Source of the DNA: Candidatus Thorarchaeota archaeon
GTDB taxonomy: Archaea; Asgardarchaeota; Thorarchaeia; Thorarchaeales; Thorarchaeaceae
DNA length: 64,000 bases
Direction of reading: 5' to 3'
Assembly: GCA_016933575.1 (NCBI GenBank)
Contig: JAFGAR010000040.1
Coordinates: forward strand, 32,001 to 96,000
A program made the position numbers and the translations under genes. The notes under the pieces are model-generated. The model had not been told where the DNA came from and ran no database searches. It saw only the letters and a program-made list of their open reading frames with translations. Shown in pieces: positions 57,648-64,000 of this stretch (positions are counted from its first letter, which is position 1; each line of letters starts with the position of its first letter).

Positions 57648-58460
57648 ATGCCAGAATTTGAGACAATGCTATACTCAAAAGAGGGTTCGTTCCTTTCACC
57701 TGCAAAGAACGTAGCCGTAATTAAAATGAACAGAGTCGATGCTCTCAACAGCATTAATGACCAATTCCTCAAAGATCTTGTTGCTGCCCTTGAAGCGGCA
57801 GAGAAGGATCCTGAGGTCAGATCTGTAGTTATTGCATCTGCACATGATAAAGTGTATTGTACTGGTGCAGATCTGAAGATGGCTCAGGGTTACCTCGGCA
57901 AACCCGATCAAGTCAAACCCTTGCTCGAAGAAGGTCAGCAGGCAATTGATGTCATTGCAAAGCTCAGCAAACCAGTAATTGCAGCGATTAATGGTCTCTG
58001 TCTTGGCGGTGGCGCTGAGATTGCTCTTGCATGCGATATTCGCATCTGCGACACTGAAGCAAAAATTGGCACCCCTGAAGTATCTCTTGGACTCATACCT
58101 GCTTGGGGTGGTTGTATGAGGCTTCCAAGAATTGTCGGTCTCGGAAAAGCCATGGAGCTTATCCTAACTGGCGGCCAAGTAACTGGACCAGAAGCTCTGG
58201 AGATCGGTCTTGTCAGTAAGGTAGTTCCAAAAGAGGAGCTTCTCAGCCAAGCTATGTGGTATGGAGCCAAACTTGGTGGCAATGCTCCAATTGCAGTCAA
58301 ACTGGCTAAGCAGGCGACTCACATGGCATTTGAAGAGAATTACCAAAATAACTTAGTATTCCAAACCAAGGCTGGCGTTGAGTGTTTTGAAACCAAAGAC
58401 CTTGGAGAAGGAATCTCATCAGTCTTTGAGAAACGCCGCGGCAAATTTACAGGTGAATAG
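57648..58460 (+). CDS. Enoyl-CoA hydratase/crotonase
   Basis: YCTGADL, AAINGLCLGGGAEIALACD, PEVSLG. Confidence 0.92.
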   Translation: MPEFETMLYSKEGSFLSPAKNVAVIKMNRVDALNSINDQFLKDLVAALEAAEKDPEVRSVVIASAHDKVYCTGADLKMAQGYLGKPDQVKPLLEEGQQAIDVIAKLSKPVIAAINGLCLGGGAEIALACDIRICDTEAKIGTPEVSLGLIPAWGGCMRLPRIVGLGKAMELILTGGQVTGPEALEIGLVSKVVPKEELLSQAMWYGAKLGGNAPIAVKLAKQATHMAFEENYQNNLVFQTKAGVECFETKDLGEGISSVFEKRRGKFTGE

Positions 58461-58471
58461 TATTTTTCTTG

Positions 58472-58499
58472 AGACCCCGGTCATTCCGGGGTCTTTCTT
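58472..58499 (+). terminator. Hairpin + T-rich tail
   Basis: AGACCCCGG-TCATT-CCGGGGTCT-TTCTT. Confidence 0.65.
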
Positions 58500-58622
58500 A
58501 ATTTTTCATTGTTAAGCGTCAAGCTTAAGTCCTCGTTGGTAATCGTCGATTGTCTTACAATTTAATATAGACAGAGTTCTGCTACAATACCCTTTGCAGA
58601 CTCTTCACACGGAGGATACAAA

Positions 58623-59789
58623 ATGGTAAGAAAAGTCGCTGTGGTCGCAGGTGGCCACAGTAAATTTGGAAAAAGATATGATGCGACTATGCGAGAGCTA
58701 TGCGCAGAGGCGTACAAACCAATCTATGATGAAGGTATTACGCAAGATAGGATAGACGCAAGTGTTCTCTCATATGCTGCATCACAGTTTACAGGCCAAG
58801 GTGCTGGCTCAGCTCTTATGGCTGATTATGTGGGTATGCAGGAAAAACCCCATCTGAGAGTCGAATCCGCATGTACAACTGGTACTGCAAGTCTCCGAGC
58901 AGCTTGGGGAATGGTTGCCGCAGGTCTGTATGACGTCATGCTTGTTATGGGTGTGGAACAGATGAATCGTGTGTCATCAGCAACTGCCACCGAATATATG
59001 TCACGAGCTGGAGACATGCGTTGGGAATATCCCTATGGAATATCATTTCCAGCGTTCTATGCTCTAATGGCTTCTCGATATATGAGTGAATACAATATGC
59101 CTCATGATGTGCTAGCAAAGATAGCTGTCAAATCACATTTCTATGGTGCTCAGAATCCTAAAGCACACCTTCCAAGAGAGGTTTCCTTTGAGGAAGCAAA
59201 TAACGCTGTCCCGATTTGCAGACCTCTTAATTTGTACGATTGTAGTCTGATTACAGACGGTGCTGCTGCTGTTGTTATAGCTGCTGAGGATCGAGTAAAG
59301 GAGTTTACAGATCGACCGATGTGGATTAAAGGCATTGGAGCTGGAGCATCAGAGATGATGATTCAGGACCGTCCAAGTCTTACCTCCATTCCTGGTGCAA
59401 AACGAGCTGCAAAGGCAGCCTACAAAATGGCTGGACTGGAACCAAAAGATATGAACATGGCGCAGGTACATGACTGCTTCACAATTGCAGAGCTTATTGC
59501 CTACGAGGACTGCGGATTTGCGGAACCTGGAAAGGGCCGTGAGATTGTCGAGAATAAGGAGAACTACATTGATGGTAGAATCCCTGTCAACTGTGATGGT
59601 GGTCTTAAGAGTAAGGGTCATCCTCTCGGAGCCACAGGAGTATCGATGACCTATGAGATCATGAAGCAGATGAGAGGCGAAGCTGAGAACTTATCACGAC
59701 AGATCAAAGATGTGCAATATGGCTTGGCACACAACGTAGGACAATCCGGTCAATTTGTCAATGTATTCATCTTTGAGAGGGGATGGTAA
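58623..59789 (+). CDS. Archaeal (SCP2/SCP-x type) thiolase
   Basis: VESACTTG, DGAAA, VHDCFTIAE, GHPLGATG, AHNVG. Confidence 0.93.
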   Translation: MVRKVAVVAGGHSKFGKRYDATMRELCAEAYKPIYDEGITQDRIDASVLSYAASQFTGQGAGSALMADYVGMQEKPHLRVESACTTGTASLRAAWGMVAAGLYDVMLVMGVEQMNRVSSATATEYMSRAGDMRWEYPYGISFPAFYALMASRYMSEYNMPHDVLAKIAVKSHFYGAQNPKAHLPREVSFEEANNAVPICRPLNLYDCSLITDGAAAVVIAAEDRVKEFTDRPMWIKGIGAGASEMMIQDRPSLTSIPGAKRAAKAAYKMAGLEPKDMNMAQVHDCFTIAELIAYEDCGFAEPGKGREIVENKENYIDGRIPVNCDGGLKSKGHPLGATGVSMTYEIMKQMRGEAENLSRQIKDVQYGLAHNVGQSGQFVNVFIFERGW

Positions 59790-59790
59790 A

Positions 59791-60207
59791 ATGGCAGAGA
59801 AAAAAGAAATCTACTTAGGATATTCAACCGACAAAGCAATGACTCCGTTCTTTCAGTCGTTCCTAGAGGCTCTCGACCAAGAGAAGCTCATGAAGAGTAA
59901 GTGTACAAAGTGTGGAGCAGAATATCTTCCACCAAGAGAACACTGTCAAAAAGACATGAGTAAGTGCGAATTGACTGAATTAACCGAAAAAGAAGCAAAA
60001 CTTTACTCCTATGTCATTGTTGACTTTGCTCCTGAATCTCTTTCATCAAAAGCACCTTATGTCGTAGCCATCGGTGAATTCCCATCAGGCCTGCGGTTGA
60101 CAGCTCATATCACTAATCTAATGTCTATGCCTGAAGTTGGTATGCCGCTCAAGCTAGGCTTTGAGAAAGTTGATGAAAAGAAAATCACTTACAAGTGGTT
60201 AGTATAA
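59791..60207 (+). CDS. DUF35 Zn-ribbon/OB-fold thiolase partner
   Basis: KCTKCG..YLPPR..C, YSYVIV, PYVVA, GMP. Confidence 0.9.
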   Translation: MAEKKEIYLGYSTDKAMTPFFQSFLEALDQEKLMKSKCTKCGAEYLPPREHCQKDMSKCELTELTEKEAKLYSYVIVDFAPESLSSKAPYVVAIGEFPSGLRLTAHITNLMSMPEVGMPLKLGFEKVDEKKITYKWLV

Positions 60208-60213
60208 TCGAAC

Positions 60214-60242
60214 GGGGGTTATTACCCCCATCTCTCCTTTTT
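60214..60242 (+). terminator. Hairpin + T-tract
   Basis: GGGGGT-TATT-ACCCCC...CCTTTTT. Confidence 0.55.
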
Positions 60243-60248
60243 CTATTT

Positions 60249-60593
60249 CTACTTATGATATTTTGAAAACATCTCTAATAGCTGTGTCCATCGTGATTGC
60301 AATAGTACAGCCTTAAGGGTCTCTAAGTAGATTTTTGATGCTTCAACAGAATTGCAACATCCAATCTCTGCAAGAGCTTGATTAATAACCTCAGTGATAT
60401 CATTGAACCGTCTTCTTCCTTCGTTCCTTAGATACCCCGCAAATCGGATGTAGTCTCCGTTCTTTTTATCAAGACCTTCAAGGATATGACTCTCGTCTTC
60501 AACAAGGACTCTTAGTTCATAGGAACTCTCTAGGGATTTTTTCATGGCACTAAGGCTTTCTATATACACTTGTTTAGTCCCTGCAGAATCCAC
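60249..60593 (-). CDS. Hypothetical helical protein
   Basis: 114-aa ORF; GGAGAG upstream of the GTG start. Confidence 0.55.
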   Translation of the reverse strand: MDSAGTKQVYIESLSAMKKSLESSYELRVLVEDESHILEGLDKKNGDYIRFAGYLRNEGRRRFNDITEVINQALAEIGCCNSVEASKIYLETLKAVLLQSRWTQLLEMFSKYHK

Positions 60594-60762
60594 GCGATTT
60601 CTCTCCTTGTATTCCGCTTTCCCATATACTCAAAACGACTAATTAAGCATTAGGGACTCTATCTACTGGAATGATGATTCTATTCCACTTACAATTTATA
60701 ACCTGTATTCAATTGATTTTGTATCCGACTACGACATGCTTTTCAGTTTAAGAGAATATCTG

Positions 60763-62808
60763 CTATTTTTTCCTGATTATTATCACAATAACTATTAGTA
60801 TACTCGCAACTGAACCAATAGCAACAATCATTGTAAGAGCTGAACCAATCATTGGTTGAACAGTGACTATTACTGAACTCATTGCAGAATTTCCGGAACA
60901 GTCATAGAGCCATAGTGTATAATTGTATGTTCCCACTGATAGACCATCAACGTTTTGTGTAATGTCCGAACCATTCCAGGAGTTTGTAACAAAGGGTGTT
61001 GATTCTGTATCCTTGTAGATTTTGTAAAGATTCGGATTGTCGTCAGAAACTTCCCATACTATCACGTTACCGGTTGTACCTTCTACATATGTGATACCTT
61101 CAACGCTGCTTACAATTGGAGCCGGATTGACTGGCATATAGTAGTGTGAATTCTTTGTAATTCTGTACCATTCTCCCTCATCGTATGAATCGAAATTGAA
61201 TGGTCCACTTGTCACATCTGGACTTATTGATGATGTCCAACTTGAGTATGGAGTATTTTTGTAGATATGATAGGGAATGATATAGCAAAAGGCAAAATTC
61301 GAGAACGACCAATATGATTCTATATCAAACTCAAATACAACTGTATATGTCGATGTACTTTCTACAGATACCAAATTATCGAGTTCAACACCCGCTGGAT
61401 TACCATAGGCATAGCTCCCAAGTATGTATGTGAAAGTGAATTCAATGTCTTGTGCTGTAAGAGATATTCCATCATTCCATGTTGCATTTTGGATAATATC
61501 AATAGTATACCTCGTATGTCCTGCTGGAACTGCAATATTATCATCATGAGTTTCAACTAGCATACTCTGTGCAAGGTCTGAGCAAGGTAGTAAATCGGGA
61601 CTGTATTTGTAGAGCGATGAATAGAGGTTTGATAGTATGTTTGCAGAGTGGGGTGACGATGTTGTATAGATGTTAAAGTAACCGGGTACATCAGCGATAG
61701 CAACTGTAACAGTCCCTCCGTATGTTCCATCAAGTTTGTGGATATTCATCATAGTCCAAGGTCCTGTAATGGATCCTGCAATGTCCTCCACATACCCACT
61801 AAATCGGTCAGTCCTATAGGCCTGCAAACTCATTCCTTCATCGACCACAAGTATTGGCACATTATACTGAATGATTTCCTGCATTGCAGCAACTGCTTCG
61901 TAGACATCCTTGTAAGATATGCTGTTAAGAAGCTGGTTCCTCCAATTGTCATAGGTCGAGTTTTCAAAATTTGATGGATTTTGAAATGGGGTGGTTGAGT
62001 ACTCAGACCAATATTGATACGCAATCCAATCGACATCATTGCCATAGAAATTGGTCTTGTAAACGACCATGTCATAATCGCCATGAGTAGATAATCTTGA
62101 CATAGACTGGTAAAATTCTGTATCCGTGGCATATGCATCAATGTGCAAAGCTGTAAGTGCATCCACTGCAGCTTGAGCTATTGCATCATAATCTTCATAC
62201 ATTGATGTGTATTCTATATTAATGTCAAATGCGGAACCATTAGGTGCATTTCTAAATCCTGTTTCACCATTAATACTAAATCCTGCTGCATCCAGAATTG
62301 CATTACCAACATCCAACTCAGCAGTATAATAATGATATGAGAACTCATCCTCAATACACCAGCTACAAATACTTGGCACAATAGAGTCATGTTCTTGTGC
62401 GAAACCATCTAAATTATCTGTCACTAACTTTTTCTTATCAAAAGCATAAGCGAAAGCCTTCCTAAGTGCTGAGATATTTAACGGATAATCTCTGCAATTT
62501 ATTGTGATATGTTTGTATCCATTACACAATACTTTGTAAATGGCAATGTCTGGGTCCGAATTCAGGGTATCATAATGGATTGGATCAAAGTAACTCGTGT
62601 CCATATCTATTGTTCCAGCTTGCAGAGCAAGAATACGATTATCTTTGTATGAGATAACTTCGAAGTTAATATTGTCTACATATGGAAGCATATTCAAATC
62701 ACTAGGAATCGAATTGTATGCGGTAATCTCATTACTTGCATAGATTATCATAATCGATAAGAAAACGGCAATAGAAATTGCCTTGTAATTCCTCCAATGC
62801 ATCTCCAA
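60763..62808 (-). CDS. Circularly permuted family-5 (OppA/DppA-like) solute-binding protein + Ig-like domain + C-terminal TM anchor
   Basis: PYVDNINF...ALQAGTID...LRKAFAYAFDK precede YGGTVTVAI...DLAQS...ATWNDG...TAQDIEFTF...SGPF. Confidence 0.82.
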   Translation of the reverse strand: MEMHWRNYKAISIAVFLSIMIIYASNEITAYNSIPSDLNMLPYVDNINFEVISYKDNRILALQAGTIDMDTSYFDPIHYDTLNSDPDIAIYKVLCNGYKHITINCRDYPLNISALRKAFAYAFDKKKLVTDNLDGFAQEHDSIVPSICSWCIEDEFSYHYYTAELDVGNAILDAAGFSINGETGFRNAPNGSAFDINIEYTSMYEDYDAIAQAAVDALTALHIDAYATDTEFYQSMSRLSTHGDYDMVVYKTNFYGNDVDWIAYQYWSEYSTTPFQNPSNFENSTYDNWRNQLLNSISYKDVYEAVAAMQEIIQYNVPILVVDEGMSLQAYRTDRFSGYVEDIAGSITGPWTMMNIHKLDGTYGGTVTVAIADVPGYFNIYTTSSPHSANILSNLYSSLYKYSPDLLPCSDLAQSMLVETHDDNIAVPAGHTRYTIDIIQNATWNDGISLTAQDIEFTFTYILGSYAYGNPAGVELDNLVSVESTSTYTVVFEFDIESYWSFSNFAFCYIIPYHIYKNTPYSSWTSSISPDVTSGPFNFDSYDEGEWYRITKNSHYYMPVNPAPIVSSVEGITYVEGTTGNVIVWEVSDDNPNLYKIYKDTESTPFVTNSWNGSDITQNVDGLSVGTYNYTLWLYDCSGNSAMSSVIVTVQPMIGSALTMIVAIGSVASILIVIVIIIRKK

Positions 62809-62947
62809 CCACCTCTTTCTTAAAAATTAACTTAGCCCGCTTTTTTAGTTTTCTCTTTCTGATTCTTGCATCTCTGTTGTTTAAATATTCCGAAATCTTA
62901 TTACCAAATATGAATTTAGAGAATTATATATATCGGAGGAACCAGCT

Positions 62948-63733
62948 ATGTCCGAACAAGAAGTACTCTACGACAAATCTACTGGTGTTGCGACAATTAC
63001 TATTAACAGACCAGCAAAATATAATGCTCTTAACACGTCTGTAGTGACTACTCTAAGGGAGCTATTCAAAGAAGCTGAGAATGATGATTCTATTCGTGTC
63101 GTTATTCTTACAGGCACTGGTGACAAGGCATTCGCAGCAGGTGCTGATATCACCGAGTTTCAAGGCCGGAACTCAAAATCCGTCCGTCCTCTTGCTGAAA
63201 ATGGACAAGAGCTCTGCAAATACATTGAGGCAATGAGTAAACCCGTCATCGCTGCAGTCAATGGTTTTGCTCTTGGTGGTGGATGTGAGATTGCGATGGC
63301 ATGCGACATCAGACATGCCTCATCAAATGCAAAGTTTGGTCAACCCGAGATTGACCTCGGCATCATACCTGGATTTGGGGGAACTGTAAGACTCCCTCGA
63401 CTTGTAGGTCTTGGTATGGCGAAGGAGCTTGTTTACAGCGGTAACCAAGTGAAAGCAGATGAGGCACTCAGGATTGGCCTCGTCAATAAGATCTATGACT
63501 CAGTAGAAGAACTTCACAAGGGTACGCTAGAACTAGCGAAGAAGCTAGCATTGAAACCGGGAGTAGCAATGAAACTAGCCAAGCAATCAATGAATAATAC
63601 ATGGGCAACTCCTGTTGCGGATAATCTCGAATTCGAGGTTGATGTCTTCTGTAAGACTTTCGATACGGAGGACAAAGATGAAGGCGTTGAAGCGTTCTTG
63701 ACAAAGCGAAAACCTGAGTTTAAACATAGATAG
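62948..63733 (+). CDS. crt: Enoyl-CoA hydratase (crotonase)
   Basis: NRPAKYNAL, FAAGADI, VNGFALGGGCEIAMACD, GQPEIDLG. Confidence 0.93.
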   Translation: MSEQEVLYDKSTGVATITINRPAKYNALNTSVVTTLRELFKEAENDDSIRVVILTGTGDKAFAAGADITEFQGRNSKSVRPLAENGQELCKYIEAMSKPVIAAVNGFALGGGCEIAMACDIRHASSNAKFGQPEIDLGIIPGFGGTVRLPRLVGLGMAKELVYSGNQVKADEALRIGLVNKIYDSVEELHKGTLELAKKLALKPGVAMKLAKQSMNNTWATPVADNLEFEVDVFCKTFDTEDKDEGVEAFLTKRKPEFKHR

Positions 63734-63741
63734 AATTGAGT

Positions 63742-63760
63742 GCGGGTCAAAATGACCCGC
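63742..63760. terminator. Hairpin between convergent genes
   Basis: GCGGGTCA-AAA-TGACCCGC. Confidence 0.6.
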
Positions 63761-63765
63761 TATCA

Positions 63766-63999
63766 CTATTCTAGTCTGAAATGCCCATCATCTTCGATGA
63801 TTTTTTCATCTCTTATCAACAGAGCAATATGCTTCTCTAACATGAACACTTCGAAGGCAAGGTAGACTTCCATTGGTATTCTCGGATAAATTGTCGGAAC
63901 CTGCGCAAGTTTTTCAATAGTATCTATCCCTTTCCCAATATTCTCAAGAATCCTCTTCTCTCTCTCATCAAAAACAGATCTGAAAGTTTGTAATCTTGC
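63766..63999 (-). CDS. C-terminal fragment, probably the winged-helix tail of an MBL-fold hydrolase (partial)
   Basis: Manual translation ...FDEREKRILENIGKGIDTIEKLA...IY...FEVFMLEKHIALLIRDEKI...*. Confidence 0.5.
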   Translation of the reverse strand, partial: ARLQTFRSVFDEREKRILENIGKGIDTIEKLAQVPTIYPRIPMEVYLAFEVFMLEKHIALLIRDEKIIEDDGHFRLE

Positions 64000-64000
64000 T

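Noticed and set aside
1-64000. CRISPR arrays, tRNA/rRNA genes, transposases, integrases
   Set aside because: No spaced direct repeats, cloverleaf/T-loop signatures or recombinase motifs noticed by eye; tRNAscan and Infernal were not run.

Overview
Gene-dense archaeal window with no rRNA, tRNA, CRISPR or transposase seen. Gene content points to an Asgard archaeon, most likely Thorarchaeia (inference): proteasome alpha, DtdA, fused ADP-forming acetyl-CoA synthetase, archaeal thiolase/DUF35, a TAT-less reductive dehalogenase, and eukaryote-like CIA2, Rab-like and PCI-like proteins. The top finding is a hidden selenoprotein candidate missed by the ORF track. On the minus strand, 32296..33102 reads through an in-frame UGA in a C-S-S-U-G motif. 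It is followed by a eukaryote-type SECIS hairpin whose AUGA core is the gene's own stop codon, and the protein is not a family I recognise as a selenoprotein. Other notable items: a two-gene dCache-HAMP receptor pair with a TPR-vWA output, next to a cytoplasmic FG-GAP-like propeller/Zn-ribbon/PCI-like protein and a bacterial-type speA; an RdhA plus MtrH/RACo/corrinoid/PAS-kinase cluster; IscU fused to a dead thioredoxin-reductase domain; a TrmB split by about 1100 aa of helical rod; a P-loop-less Rab-like protein; a eukaryote-like CIA2; a tandem beta-carbonic-anhydrase-like protein; a circularly permuted family-5 solute-binding protein; and a beta-oxidation cluster. All calls come from motif recognition by eye; no searches were run.
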